A stretch of 64,000 nucleotides of DNA from an uncultured Rivularia sp. GTDB taxonomy: Bacteria; Cyanobacteriota; Cyanobacteriia; Cyanobacteriales; Nostocaceae. The stretch spans positions 3,936,001 to 4,000,000 of the forward strand of contig OY762007.1 of the NCBI GenBank assembly GCA_963665115.1, given 5' to 3'. The position numbers and the translations under genes were made by a program. Shown piece after piece: positions 33,076-44,162 of the stretch; position 1 is the first letter of the stretch; the number at the start of each line of letters is the position of its first letter. The notes below the pieces were generated by a model. It was not told where the DNA came from. It was given only the letters and a program-made list of their open reading frames with translations, and searched no databases.

Positions 33076-35715
33076 TTAAGCTGCTATATCGCTCCTAGCA
33101 AAATTATCGTCTGAATTCTCTCTTAATAGTTGCTTAATTTTGGGAGATTGTCTGTTACGGAATTTTTCAGGGAAACTAAGCTCTATAGCAACTTTTCCGC
33201 GTTCTTCTTCAACTAGATTGATTTCAGCAACAAATCTTGTGGGTGAAGTATTTTCGTCTTTTTGACTCAACAGTAAACCAACTAGCGGTTTCATTGCTTG
33301 CATTTTTTCTAAATCTTGCTTTCCAAGCAATCTACTATCACTTGATATTGCCTTTTTACTATCTAGTTCCAAACGTAAACCCGTTATTCCTAATTCGGTA
33401 GTAACTCCACTAAAGAAATGACCATCCCAATATATTTGAGCGCTGGTATTTACCTGCCTGCGTATTTTTTTGCTTTTAGTTGGCTTGAGTTCGCGTAGAG
33501 AACGGGTAATGCTGGTGGCTAAGAAACCCAGAGAAGCAATTGGTTTATCCGCGTCTTCTCGGTTTTGTGAATACCATTCTTTGACATCGGAATACATAAC
33601 CAGAGATAAATCATCCATCTGGGTACGATTGAGATTTATAAAATCTACTGCTAAATGAGTTTCTGTTTCATTGAGAGGAGTAGCTCGTACAACTTTTGCA
33701 TTGATCGCAACGCGAGCGTCAAAATCTCCCATCACCTCAATCTGTACTTCATCTGGTAAATTTGACCACGATTCTAAGGATATCAAAGCACCAGTTTCGG
33801 AAATGTTAACTGTTTCTCCCATGATGGTTTGATCGTCGCTGGAAATGACCGCAGGAAGTTGTCTTTGCAAACGGTGAGCGGTACGAATTTGTGGTTGTTC
33901 AAATCCTACAAGTAAAGCTGCTGATAACAAAATCAAGTTAAAGCCAGACCATAAGGTGTTAACTAATACTGCTTCTGTATCTTCTGGTCTTAGTAATAAC
34001 CAATAAGGAACTGCTAGCAAAGAACTGACTACTAGCAACGTTACTATTATTAAACCCCGCATCGATCTCCAGTCAAAGGTACGTTTAGCAATGTTTATCC
34101 CTTTATCGGTAACGTTAAAGGAACCCATTCTGGGGTTAATCAGCGCTAATAATGTTACCCAACCTGCCTGGAAAGACATTACGAATTCAAAAATTTCGTT
34201 CCAGAAGGAAAATCGGACGTGTTTGTAAATAATATGGTTGGTAGCGAGGGAAAGAAGAATATGAGGTAAAGCATATGCTAAAGTTTCTAAACCCAAACCT
34301 TGGATGGGGTTAATCCCGAATAATAAGAACAAGGTGGGAATGATTGCGTATATTAATCTGGGGAAACCATATAAAAAGTGGGAAGTCGCACTTAAGTAAC
34401 AAATTCGTTGAGCAAAATTTAGATTTAACTTGGTATTAAAGAGTGGGTTTTCCAGTCTGAGAATCTGTGCCATTCCCCTAGCCCAGCGTACTTGCTGACC
34501 GACATAAGCTGAAAAGGTATCTGGTGCTAACCCCGCGACCATGATTTTGTCGTAGTAAACGGATTTATAACCTTTTGAGTGTAAACGTAATGCTGTATGA
34601 CAATCTTCCGTTACCGTTTCAACCGCAATCCCTCCAACTTCTAAAGCATGGGTTTTACGAATAACTGCCGCTGAACCGCAGAAAAATGATGCGTTCCAAA
34701 AATCATTTCCTTTTTGCAGTACTTTGTAAAACAGTTCGTTACCTACAGGGATTTTTCCGTCGGTAAGTAAGTTGCGCTCGAAGGGATCGGGGTTATAAAA
34801 CCAGTGGGGTGTTTGTACAAAGGAGACTTTGGGGTCGTAAAAGAAACCGACTGTATGTAGAAGAAATTGCCGAGATGGAACGTGGTCGCAGTCTAAAATT
34901 AGGACTAAATCGCCGTCAGTTTTATGAAAAGCAGTGTTGATGTTACCAGCTTTCGCATGGTCGTTGGTATCTCGCCCCATATGGATGCAGCCGAGTTCTT
35001 CGCACATTTGCTGCAATTCTTCTCGTCTGATGCGGAAAATTTCTCTTTTTGGATCGTCTTCTTTGTACTTTTCAGGACGACCATCATCGAGAACGTAAAC
35101 CTTCTTTTTACCAGGAGCATAATCGCAAGTTAAAGCTGCTAATGCTGTTTTACGAACAATCTCAACATCTTCGTTGTAGGTAGGAATATAAATATCAACA
35201 TTAAACCATTCATCTTGAGGAATGGTAGAAATATCAATGGGTTGACGTTCTTTAATTTTTAAAGTTTGAAAGTACGCTAATACTAAGCTGAAAATTGCAT
35301 ATAATTCGGCCCCTAGCAGTGTCAAACAAGCAATACTATTTATCCATCCATCAAAGTTGAGCGTGTAGCTAAGACGGTAATATAAATACCGCATTGTTGT
35401 TACCAGACTCAGCCACACCATAAACAGGTGATAATATTGCCCAACTTCTGTAGAAGATTCCTGTTCTTCTGCCCCTAAGACTAGCTGACCTAGTAATACC
35501 AGAAAAACAGCGATGGCTCCTTGCTGCCAAACTTCTAATGGTGTAACAATCAATGGTATTGATAATACTAATAGCAGTAAAATTAACCATTTAAAATGTT
35601 TTATTCCTACTTTTTCTAACGTTTTATCAAAAAAGCTGGGTGTTAGGTCAATCAACCATCTGCTTAAGTTAAAGCGCTGACCTTTTCTTCGCGACTTTTT
35701 TACTGAGGAGGGCAT
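33076..35715 (-). CDS. bcsA: Cellulose synthase catalytic subunit (GT2 plus PilZ)
   Basis: PTYNE, LDDG, HAKAGNIN, DCDH, QTPH, FFCGS, TED and QVRW motifs; PilZ RTAHR...NISETG. Confidence 0.93.
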   Translation of the reverse strand: MPSSVKKSRRKGQRFNLSRWLIDLTPSFFDKTLEKVGIKHFKWLILLLLVLSIPLIVTPLEVWQQGAIAVFLVLLGQLVLGAEEQESSTEVGQYYHLFMVWLSLVTTMRYLYYRLSYTLNFDGWINSIACLTLLGAELYAIFSLVLAYFQTLKIKERQPIDISTIPQDEWFNVDIYIPTYNEDVEIVRKTALAALTCDYAPGKKKVYVLDDGRPEKYKEDDPKREIFRIRREELQQMCEELGCIHMGRDTNDHAKAGNINTAFHKTDGDLVLILDCDHVPSRQFLLHTVGFFYDPKVSFVQTPHWFYNPDPFERNLLTDGKIPVGNELFYKVLQKGNDFWNASFFCGSAAVIRKTHALEVGGIAVETVTEDCHTALRLHSKGYKSVYYDKIMVAGLAPDTFSAYVGQQVRWARGMAQILRLENPLFNTKLNLNFAQRICYLSATSHFLYGFPRLIYAIIPTLFLLFGINPIQGLGLETLAYALPHILLSLATNHIIYKHVRFSFWNEIFEFVMSFQAGWVTLLALINPRMGSFNVTDKGINIAKRTFDWRSMRGLIIVTLLVVSSLLAVPYWLLLRPEDTEAVLVNTLWSGFNLILLSAALLVGFEQPQIRTAHRLQRQLPAVISSDDQTIMGETVNISETGALISLESWSNLPDEVQIEVMGDFDARVAINAKVVRATPLNETETHLAVDFINLNRTQMDDLSLVMYSDVKEWYSQNREDADKPIASLGFLATSITRSLRELKPTKSKKIRRQVNTSAQIYWDGHFFSGVTTELGITGLRLELDSKKAISSDSRLLGKQDLEKMQAMKPLVGLLLSQKDENTSPTRFVAEINLVEEERGKVAIELSFPEKFRNRQSPKIKQLLRENSDDNFARSDIAA

Positions 35716-35761
35716 GGCAGTTTTTAAATTTTTTTTATTAAAGGTGATGGGATTTTGGAAA

Positions 35762-35799
35762 AGTAGTGAGTAGGGAGTAGGGAGTAGGGAGTAGGGAGT
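35762..35799. repeat. STRR-type heptamer repeats (AGTAGGG)n
   Basis: Four to five units between bcsB and bcsA. Confidence 0.8.
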
Positions 35800-35844
35800 T
35801 AATTATTCTTCTCCTAATTACCCATTTCCCATTCCCTATCATTC

Positions 35845-38148
35845 TTATCTTCTGTTAGCAGTAGAAATCCGCTTCAAATAAAGCTGAACAATTCCGTAGA
35901 GAATCAAAGATAAACCAACAATTCCCGCAGGTACTAACAGCCAGTTTTCCTGTAGCATCCGCGTCATTTTGCTCAGAGGATTGGTATCTTCGATGCGACG
36001 AGTTGAAGGAGCATTGTCAAAAAATGCTAGTTGATAGCCGTCTTGGTCGTAAGCTGCGGGATTTTTCTTGTCACTGCTAATTAATACCGTATCCTTCTTA
36101 AGTTGGAAGAACCAGGGGTCTTTACTTAATACCTGCTGTACTCTTTCTAACCCAGTATCCGTCTGAGCAGTTAAAGCTAAGACAACGCGATCGCCATTCC
36201 AAGGAGAAAGTATTTGTTTAATCATTCCTTGTTTGTCTTGGGGTACTGTAACGCTTGCTTGTGCCGAACCGCGCCCGAATGATTCACCTAAGTTAAAACC
36301 TGGAGATTTGAATACGTCTGGTAGTGGAAAATTATCTCGCGTCCCAATTCCTACTAAGTGTTCCTTTTTACGTACTTCTGGGGGTAATGTGCTTGAAGTA
36401 TAGACATCTAGTTTGACTGCATCTGCACGGCTTAATCTTCCCAAACGTTCGCTAAAAGCCAGCATTGTTAATACGTCTGTACTGCTAGGCTCTTGTGGAA
36501 GTACAATTGCTGTTTCAGATAAATCTTGAGGTGCAGCAAAGGGGAATCCATACTGCATTAATTGAAGATTAGGTAGCTGTACGGAGTTTTCCCGTTTCAA
36601 ATCAAAATTGGTATCAGAATGAACGGTACCTGTAAGCTGTTGGTCTGGGGGACTGATACAGTTTGTTTTATCAAAGGGTTCTTTGGGATTCATCCGGAAG
36701 AATACCTGAAGCTTAGAATCAGGCTTAACCAGTTTGGCCGGTAAATCTACTTTGAGATTTTTCCGCATTTCTCCTTCGTCTGAATCTAGACGCGCTCCAC
36801 CAATAAATACTCCATCTAGCAAGACTTCTACAGCAGAGGTTCTGGGGTTCATCTGCGGCCCGTAGCTGTAAACCAGGTTCATCGAGCTACCGCGTACAAA
36901 TCTGTCATCTGGTAATGCACGGAAGTCTATTTCGATTGGCGGGGCAGCAGAACCACGGACGCTAACATCTCTAAAGGCATCACCGTTAACTTGAGTTTTA
37001 ATCTCGCTTAACTGAAAGTTACTAGATTCAGGTAAATAACGCGGCCATTCCCTCTTCGGTGGTGTGGTAGCTTCTTCTAATTTATTGACTAAAACAACTT
37101 GACCAGTGCCTATCTTCTGGGAAGAAGGCTGTGATAATAACCTGGCAGCTTTCGCTACTCCTGTTGCACCATTTCCAGTGGCAACTAAGACGGGGACTTT
37201 ACCTTTTTTAGTAGTGGTTAGGATTAAGACTCCCGTATCCTCTGGTATTGCCTGCTGATTGGCATCTAAAATTTGAGAATTTACAATTTTGCGAGGTAAA
37301 TCCAAATCGGCTAGGGCTGGTTGTTCGGCAGGAGTACCGATAATGACTAATCTTTGATTGGCAGACAGATCTGAGATATCGGAGATTAAATCTGTCTCTA
37401 TCGGACGAAAGTCTGCTTGTCTACCTAATGAAGCCTGTAAGCGGGCTGCTCCTTCGAGCCAAGATTGACTGGTGTTTTGAGGCTTTAAGTAAACGATGCG
37501 GTTGGTGTCTAAATTGAGGTTATCAAAGAAAGGATAAGGATAATTACTGAAGTTGAGCGGAATTTCTTTGCTGCTGTAGTTAAATATTAATTTTGAGTCT
37601 GGTAGAATCTCTGTCCATAAAGTTGGATCGCCCGGATCGCTACATCCCTCTGAATTATTCTGCTGCGCTACAATCTTAAGTTCGTTATATTCTTGTAGCA
37701 GCTTTGGAGGAATGTTTAAAAGTACTCGACCGACTTGGGATTGTTTGCGATTTAGAGGAATGCTACCTACAGCCCTATCGTTGACTAATACTGTTAAGTT
37801 AGAGCGATTCGCGTACAGTGCTGGCGAATGTTGAAAGTGAATCTCGGCTTTTACGGTACCTACATCCCAGCCACGAGGACGAGTAAAAGCCAAACGTCCT
37901 TCAGAATAGACTCCTCGCAAACGCATCCGATTACCAACTATCGGACTGCGATTAAATTCTAAAATGTATTTTTCGTCGTATTTTATTGAGGTAGATTTTG
38001 AATTCTTAGCTGCTCGTGCTAATAAAATTCCTTCAGAGCTTGGTAATTGATTTTGACTAACTGCTTGTGCAGCGGGTAAAGCTGATAACAAACAAAAAGA
38101 TATCAGAAATGCTTTATTAAGCGTCTTAAACTTAAATAGATGCTTCAT
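35845..38148 (-). CDS. bcsB: Cellulose synthase BcsB-like periplasmic subunit
   Basis: Signal peptide, SNLTVLVN, C.DP.DPTLWTEI, YPYPFFD, LPNL...GFPF and a C-terminal TM anchor; lies upstream of bcsA. Confidence 0.88.
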   Translation of the reverse strand: MKHLFKFKTLNKAFLISFCLLSALPAAQAVSQNQLPSSEGILLARAAKNSKSTSIKYDEKYILEFNRSPIVGNRMRLRGVYSEGRLAFTRPRGWDVGTVKAEIHFQHSPALYANRSNLTVLVNDRAVGSIPLNRKQSQVGRVLLNIPPKLLQEYNELKIVAQQNNSEGCSDPGDPTLWTEILPDSKLIFNYSSKEIPLNFSNYPYPFFDNLNLDTNRIVYLKPQNTSQSWLEGAARLQASLGRQADFRPIETDLISDISDLSANQRLVIIGTPAEQPALADLDLPRKIVNSQILDANQQAIPEDTGVLILTTTKKGKVPVLVATGNGATGVAKAARLLSQPSSQKIGTGQVVLVNKLEEATTPPKREWPRYLPESSNFQLSEIKTQVNGDAFRDVSVRGSAAPPIEIDFRALPDDRFVRGSSMNLVYSYGPQMNPRTSAVEVLLDGVFIGGARLDSDEGEMRKNLKVDLPAKLVKPDSKLQVFFRMNPKEPFDKTNCISPPDQQLTGTVHSDTNFDLKRENSVQLPNLQLMQYGFPFAAPQDLSETAIVLPQEPSSTDVLTMLAFSERLGRLSRADAVKLDVYTSSTLPPEVRKKEHLVGIGTRDNFPLPDVFKSPGFNLGESFGRGSAQASVTVPQDKQGMIKQILSPWNGDRVVLALTAQTDTGLERVQQVLSKDPWFFQLKKDTVLISSDKKNPAAYDQDGYQLAFFDNAPSTRRIEDTNPLSKMTRMLQENWLLVPAGIVGLSLILYGIVQLYLKRISTANRR

Positions 38149-38304
38149 AACACAGTTTTTTAAATTATTAGGTAAATTGAGTATGTTTTTGGTTTAAAAA
38201 TGTTTATTTGATTGCGGTAAATACTTGAACTAAGTATTATCTTGATTACTTAAGTATTGCTGTCAACATTTTATTCGCTTTCCAGAGAAAAGCGCCATAA
38301 CTTC

Positions 38305-39567
38305 TTAATTACTTTGCAAAAGTTCTGGAGGAATTGCTGATGGAGATAGCAACCCTAACCACGCTAGATTCTGAGTGTAATAAGCTTCGTTATCATCCCA
38401 AACTTCCTGCTGGTATTGAGGTAGCAGTTTTTTCTCTAGTAATTCCTGAGCCAATTCTGGCTGTATCAGCTTAGTTGCTGCATAGAGCATGGCATATTGA
38501 GATGTGGCTTCGTAATTTACCAAAGCTTTACCTTCAAGGTTTATCCTCGCTGGTATACTCGATTGTTCTCGCCACAATTTGAGCGGATGCTGAATGGATG
38601 TTTCCAGATAGCTTCGCGCCCGAGATGAATTAAACCAGCTTGCATCTAATGCTATTCGCCACCAAACTCGATATGCATCAAAGCTGTATACGCTTTTGAT
38701 CGGACTATCAGCAGGTAAAGGTTGGTATTTTCCCGTTTCTGCATCCAGAGCAACCCAGTCACTAGGTAAATTTACAGCACTCAGTTGTGTGGAATCTTCC
38801 AAGACTTCATAGCTGGTATCTACCAAACTCAACCAATCTCGTTCGGGGTCAACTTGAGCAAATAAGCGAAAAGCGTAGGGAGCGAAGTAGGAAGGGTTGA
38901 GAATAATCGATGAATCTTTTACGAATGCAGCCGTAGGACCCGGTAGCAAATAGCGTTTGTTTTCAGATCCAACTACAGTTGAATACTTCCACAAATCTTG
39001 CAGTTTAGTTTTTGCGATTTTGAGGTATTCCGGACGATTCCAGCGCCTTGATGCCAATATCAAAGCAGTAATAGCATCTATATCCCCATCGCTAGCAAAG
39101 TTTTTGTCTATAGCACCCCAACTACCATCAGATGTACGTCCCCACTTCCAAGCCCATAAATTATCTATGGGTTTGCCATTTTCTAATCTTCGTAAGTTAT
39201 TTTCTCCCCAATTTAAAGTTAGAGCAAAGGTTGCAGAGTCATCGATCAGCACTGCTCGTAACATTGCATAGGCTTGACCTTCACTGGTCGAACGGTCGCT
39301 AGCTTCATAATCAATGACTCTTCCATCTCTCTGGATAAACCGACGACGATAACTATCCCAGCTTTCCATCAATAACTCTCTATTGGGAGTTGATGCAGGA
39401 AGAGTTGATGAAAATTGAACGTTATTATCATCAATAGCTGATGACTTGGGTGGTGATTCCAAAGATTGATTTGTGGGTTGTTCGATATTAGTTGCCGAAT
39501 AACCCCCTTTACAGCCGCATAAAGTAATTAAGCTCAATATAGCCACTACTTTTGGAAGATAGTTCAT
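38305..39567 (-). CDS. bcsZ: GH8 endoglucanase (BcsZ-like), probable lipoprotein
   Basis: DGRVID, STSEGQAYAM, ASDGD, NPSY, SFDAYRV, YYTQNL; N-terminal LCGC. Confidence 0.9.
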   Translation of the reverse strand: MNYLPKVVAILSLITLCGCKGGYSATNIEQPTNQSLESPPKSSAIDDNNVQFSSTLPASTPNRELLMESWDSYRRRFIQRDGRVIDYEASDRSTSEGQAYAMLRAVLIDDSATFALTLNWGENNLRRLENGKPIDNLWAWKWGRTSDGSWGAIDKNFASDGDIDAITALILASRRWNRPEYLKIAKTKLQDLWKYSTVVGSENKRYLLPGPTAAFVKDSSIILNPSYFAPYAFRLFAQVDPERDWLSLVDTSYEVLEDSTQLSAVNLPSDWVALDAETGKYQPLPADSPIKSVYSFDAYRVWWRIALDASWFNSSRARSYLETSIQHPLKLWREQSSIPARINLEGKALVNYEATSQYAMLYAATKLIQPELAQELLEKKLLPQYQQEVWDDNEAYYTQNLAWLGLLSPSAIPPELLQSN

Positions 39568-39710
39568 CTTAAGAACCGCCTGTATTAATTGTTCCTAGTT
39601 ATTTAAAATTTCTCAAAATGATATTTGAGAAACTTCTTGTATTACTATTCCCTTTAAGGGTGGGTGTAATTACTAAGAAATTTTTTCTTCATCAAAAATT
39701 TGTTTCTAGA

Positions 39711-42089
39711 TTAATTTTTGCCCCGACGTTCGTAACTTTCCCAAGGTGGTTGAAAACCACGTCGTTGTAGAAAGTCTTCTTGTATCTGCTGCATCTGGTT
39801 TGCAATCTCGGGGTCTTTTTCACCACTGGCAATTTGCTCAATTTGCAGTTGTTCTAAGGCTTTCATTGCTGCTAAAGGTCGGTCAAAAATAGTATTCAAC
39901 CCAGCCAGAGCGCGACGTGCTTCTGTATCTTGCGGGTTTTGTTCCAGCACTGCGGAATAAATTTGCTCTGCGGATTCAAATCGTCTTTGTTCAAAACGAA
40001 TTCCTCCTAAAGCAGCCAAAGCGTCTACATCATCTGGTTCTTCTTTGAGAATATTTTCATAAGCTTCACCAGCCATTTTTAAATCGCCAATAGCTTTAGC
40101 TAATAATGCTACTCTCTGTTGTGAACTAGCATTATTTGGAGCATTGGCAATCAACTGCTTCATTCGCAAACGTGCTTCTGCTGGATTCCTTTGCGCTATA
40201 GTTTCCAGCAAACGCTGCTGCAATCTAATGCTACTAGGGTCTACTTCAACTAAGTAATTATACAGAGCTTCGCGATTGGGGTCGGTAGGTAATTGTGTTA
40301 CCAGGCTATATAGTTCTGGTGGAGTATTGGTTGCTTTTTGAGTTGCTAACCAATTATCTAGAACGGATTCTGCTTCCGGTTTGGAAATACGTTTGGCTTG
40401 ATACGCAACGCTGGTACGTCCCAATTGAGCGGTAATATCTTGAGGATTGCGTTTTATAACTTGCTCGTATACTACTAAAGCTTCGTCAAAACGTTTTTGC
40501 TGTACTCTAACACCTACCAATCCGCGTAAAGCACCATCAAAGATTTCGCTCTGAGGATTTTCGTTTAGTACGGCAAAATAGCGTTGAGCGCTGGCTTCTA
40601 AGTTACCTTCCCTTCTTTCTATTTCTGCTGCAAGCAACTGTGTAGCCATGTCATTAGCACCTTGAGATGTTGCTGTATAAGCTGCTAAAGCCTGTCTTGC
40701 TTGAATTGTATTTTCGAGTTGCAAATACATTTGAGCTACGCGAAAATTCAAAAACGGTACATTAACCCCTGTTTGCAAAATATTCTGATACGCAGGTAGA
40801 AGATCGGGCGAAGGAGCATCTATATCGGCTAATGCTAAAGCTAACTCTTGCAACTGTACAGATTCTGTAGGTAAGTTTTGCAATGTTGCTGCCAAACGCT
40901 GCTTCAGATTGCTCTTGGAAACCATTCCCAATTTATATTCCAAACCTAGCTGACGCACTACCAAACTTTTATCGTTGGGTAAGGTAGAAGCTAAACGTCT
41001 ATAAATTTGTAATGCTGTTTCCTCTCCTTGGGGCAAACCAGTAAATACATTGGCGATTTCCCGCAGCAAACTGGTTGAAGGATTGGGTTTGTTAGCAAGA
41101 GCTTGGCGGTAGAGATTGGCGACTCGTTGCGTCAAGGAAGGGTTGTCCGTATTTTTACGAATTTCATTCAACGCTCTAGCTAAAGGTAAAATCGCTTCTT
41201 CTACACCTTCTAAGGGGTCTAATACCGCTAAAGCTTCGGCTTCTTGCTTATTTGCAATATATGCTTGAGACAGTTGTGCGCGAGCAAGTATGGCTAATTG
41301 ATCTAAAGTTTCAGAACGCTGTAGCTGGTTTTGTAATATTACGATAGCTTCTTGAGGATTGCCAGTTTTACGTAAAGTAAGAGCGTAAGCAACCGCAGCA
41401 TAATCCGTTATTTGTTTTCCACTGGCTTTATAGCGGTTGAACAATTCCTTTGCTTTTGGATAATCGCCACTGTAACTATAAGTTTGAGCGGCTCCGATAA
41501 TTGCTTCTGGGGTGGGATTGTTTGCCAACACTATTTCAAAGTCGGCAACAGATTCGCTAAATCGTCCTTGATAGGAAAAAAGTAAAGCACGGTAATAGCG
41601 ACTTTGCACATCATCAGGATTTAATTCCAGCAAAGTATTGAGAGCCTTGATACCGGGTTTGTTCCATTCGGGACGATAAGTTCCCATCATGCCCACAATT
41701 TTCAAGGCTGCCTGATTGCTGGGATCTAGCGCTAATACTTCTTGATAAGCTTGGAACGCATCTTCAATTTGCCCTGCACGGTTGTAAGCAATAGCTAAAC
41801 CTAGCTTGGCTTGTAAAGATTGCGGGTTGCTTCTCAAAGCTTGTTGAAAGGCTTTAATCGCATCATCTACCCATCCTTTTTTTAGCAAGTTGTAACCCTT
41901 CTGAGTGGCTCCAGATGATTGAGCCTGCACGGGTTCTATATTGTTTAAAGTTGCCAATACAATTGGGCAAGTAAAAACAAATAAGTGAAAAGGTAGCAAA
42001 GTAATTCCTACAATAGTTTTACTTTGCGTTCGTTTTCGTTGCCATAAATTAGCTTTGTAGAACAGGCTCAAGTTGAATTTGTGATTCAT
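39711..42089 (-). CDS. Secreted TPR-repeat protein (like the BcsC periplasmic scaffold)
   Basis: Signal peptide ending PVQA followed by many TPR-like helical repeats. Start overlaps the upstream stop (ATGA). Confidence 0.82.
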   Translation of the reverse strand: MNHKFNLSLFYKANLWQRKRTQSKTIVGITLLPFHLFVFTCPIVLATLNNIEPVQAQSSGATQKGYNLLKKGWVDDAIKAFQQALRSNPQSLQAKLGLAIAYNRAGQIEDAFQAYQEVLALDPSNQAALKIVGMMGTYRPEWNKPGIKALNTLLELNPDDVQSRYYRALLFSYQGRFSESVADFEIVLANNPTPEAIIGAAQTYSYSGDYPKAKELFNRYKASGKQITDYAAVAYALTLRKTGNPQEAIVILQNQLQRSETLDQLAILARAQLSQAYIANKQEAEALAVLDPLEGVEEAILPLARALNEIRKNTDNPSLTQRVANLYRQALANKPNPSTSLLREIANVFTGLPQGEETALQIYRRLASTLPNDKSLVVRQLGLEYKLGMVSKSNLKQRLAATLQNLPTESVQLQELALALADIDAPSPDLLPAYQNILQTGVNVPFLNFRVAQMYLQLENTIQARQALAAYTATSQGANDMATQLLAAEIERREGNLEASAQRYFAVLNENPQSEIFDGALRGLVGVRVQQKRFDEALVVYEQVIKRNPQDITAQLGRTSVAYQAKRISKPEAESVLDNWLATQKATNTPPELYSLVTQLPTDPNREALYNYLVEVDPSSIRLQQRLLETIAQRNPAEARLRMKQLIANAPNNASSQQRVALLAKAIGDLKMAGEAYENILKEEPDDVDALAALGGIRFEQRRFESAEQIYSAVLEQNPQDTEARRALAGLNTIFDRPLAAMKALEQLQIEQIASGEKDPEIANQMQQIQEDFLQRRGFQPPWESYERRGKN

Positions 42090-43948
42090 CGAGTCATTCT
42101 CCCCCTTGGAGTTACATCAAACTCTGATTTAATCCTCACACCGAGAACTGTTTCGTTAAAGTCGTCTCTTCCCTGCACGGAAAAACCCAATCGTAGGTTG
42201 TCAAGAAACTGAAAATCGTAATAAAGCTCCAATACATCGAGTTGCTTTCCTTCACGCTCATCTTCGTTGGATAAAGCGCGTCCGTAAGCTAATCCCAATC
42301 TGTCATCGGGGGTGAATAAATCTAAGAAACTAGCGCCGAAAACATATGTATCTGCACCTTCTCCTAAATCTCTATTTTCGTAACGTCCGTAGCGTCCAAA
42401 TAGACCTAGTTTCATTTTGGGAATAAAAACTTCAGCGTTCAAACCATATGCTTCCTCGCGATCGTCCTCCAAAACTCCAAACTGATTGTTTCCACGATCT
42501 ATTTGAAAACTTTGTGGAAAAGAATCGCGATTCCCGGCATCCCTAGCACTACTATAAGTACCGCGAATAATCGCATTACCGTAACGAACCCCAACTTCAC
42601 CAGCAAATCCATCCAAACTAAATTCGCTTAAAGCATCAGATGATGAAAAAACAGCAGCTTTAGCATCAATGTTGTCGGTCACGCTCCAGTTAACTAACAG
42701 TCCAGGTTTTGAACCTATTCCTGTCGATGCTAAAGCTGGATTGGTTTGAAATACCGGATTAAAAAACTGGCTGGCTCCATCTTTAGCAAAACTATTGCGA
42801 TCGAAATAAGATGTCAAATCTAACTGACCAACTGCAAATCGTAAATTAGGTAAACCCGTCAGAGATGTTGCTAGATAAAGTTCGTTGATATTCAAACCTT
42901 CCCGTCGGGAATCATCAAACGAGCTATTTTCACTGGTCAAATCCAAAGTTGCACCAAACAACACTTGAGGAGTGAGCGGATAAGTTCCGGAAAGTCTCGC
43001 TCGTGCCGAGGTATTGTCTCCTTGAGTTACATAAACACCTTCTACTCTTAAGGAAGATTCCTTTAAAGCCGCACTGCTTCTCAAGGGGTTTAACTGATTG
43101 TTTTGTGGAACTAATGGAGCCTGCGAACTTCTTGAAGGTGCCCGCATCGAAGGGGCTGGAGTTAGTGGAACAGATGGACGCATCCCTCCTTGAGAATTCA
43201 GTAGCGTATTGAAAGTAGGTGTTGAAGTTACAGAAACTGATGGTTGCTTCATCCGGTAAGCATCAAGCATCTGTTCAAACGTCGGTGCATTTGAAACAGC
43301 AACACCCGCAGGGTATTGAGATGAATTGCTAGTTCTAGAATTTAGTAATTGATTGAATGTTGGTGTATTAGCTGTATTCAACTGCTGCTGCGGTCTGGTA
43401 CCGGGGAGTGGTGGCAAAGGAGCAACGGTAGCTTGAGAATTAAAGTCAGGAGAAGTAAATTCTAAACTGCTACCGGGAGGCGCTGGCAATGGAACAGCCT
43501 GAGCGCTCAATTGCCTTGCTTCGTAAATCCCTGTTTGAGGACCACCTATAGATTGCTCTATTGTGCCTTTAGTTTTACCAGTAATCTGTTCCTGAATAAA
43601 ACTGTTCTCTAACTGCTTGATATTGTCTAAGGGTAAATACTGTTGTACTTTTTGACTGGGTAAACTAGCACCAACCTTAGAAACATTCGGTGGCGGTGGA
43701 ACTGCTTTTAATTTAAGTTTTGTTCTCCCGCTCGGTATTGACGATTGCGGTACTTGCAGCAAGTTTAGCGAACGCGAAGTTTGATTTGCTTGTTGCTGCG
43801 GAGATATTGTTTGAGCTTGCGAACTACTACTTACACTCAAAGTTGATAAAAGTGAGATAGAAACAGCACAAAACAGGGCACAAGGTTTGTGTTTATGGAA
43901 TTCTTCGATCAAAATATATTTTTCACGCTTAAGTATTTTAGACTTCAT
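42086..43948 (-). CDS. Outer-membrane beta-barrel/carbohydrate porin (OprB-like) with a long low-complexity N-terminus
   Basis: Signal-like segment, P/Q/S-rich region, then INELY, VGQLDLTSYFDRNSFA, GLFGRYG, DRLGLAYG and LELYY. Start uncertain (43948 or 44020). Confidence 0.72.
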   Translation of the reverse strand: MKSKILKREKYILIEEFHKHKPCALFCAVSISLLSTLSVSSSSQAQTISPQQQANQTSRSLNLLQVPQSSIPSGRTKLKLKAVPPPPNVSKVGASLPSQKVQQYLPLDNIKQLENSFIQEQITGKTKGTIEQSIGGPQTGIYEARQLSAQAVPLPAPPGSSLEFTSPDFNSQATVAPLPPLPGTRPQQQLNTANTPTFNQLLNSRTSNSSQYPAGVAVSNAPTFEQMLDAYRMKQPSVSVTSTPTFNTLLNSQGGMRPSVPLTPAPSMRAPSRSSQAPLVPQNNQLNPLRSSAALKESSLRVEGVYVTQGDNTSARARLSGTYPLTPQVLFGATLDLTSENSSFDDSRREGLNINELYLATSLTGLPNLRFAVGQLDLTSYFDRNSFAKDGASQFFNPVFQTNPALASTGIGSKPGLLVNWSVTDNIDAKAAVFSSSDALSEFSLDGFAGEVGVRYGNAIIRGTYSSARDAGNRDSFPQSFQIDRGNNQFGVLEDDREEAYGLNAEVFIPKMKLGLFGRYGRYENRDLGEGADTYVFGASFLDLFTPDDRLGLAYGRALSNEDEREGKQLDVLELYYDFQFLDNLRLGFSVQGRDDFNETVLGVRIKSEFDVTPRGRMTR

Positions 43949-44162
43949 TACCCCAGTTAATGTATAAGTAAATTTTTCAACATATAATGTCGCCACTTTA
44001 ACAAAAAAAAACCATATCATCGACGGGATAATACGTATTTTGTCAAGCCAGTAAAATCACAATAAGAATTCGTAAAGGTACTCAATTTGTAGATAATTTT
44101 GGGCAAAATAGATAAAAATGCAGTGATTACGGATTTAATCCGCTTTTATTAACACCAATTTT

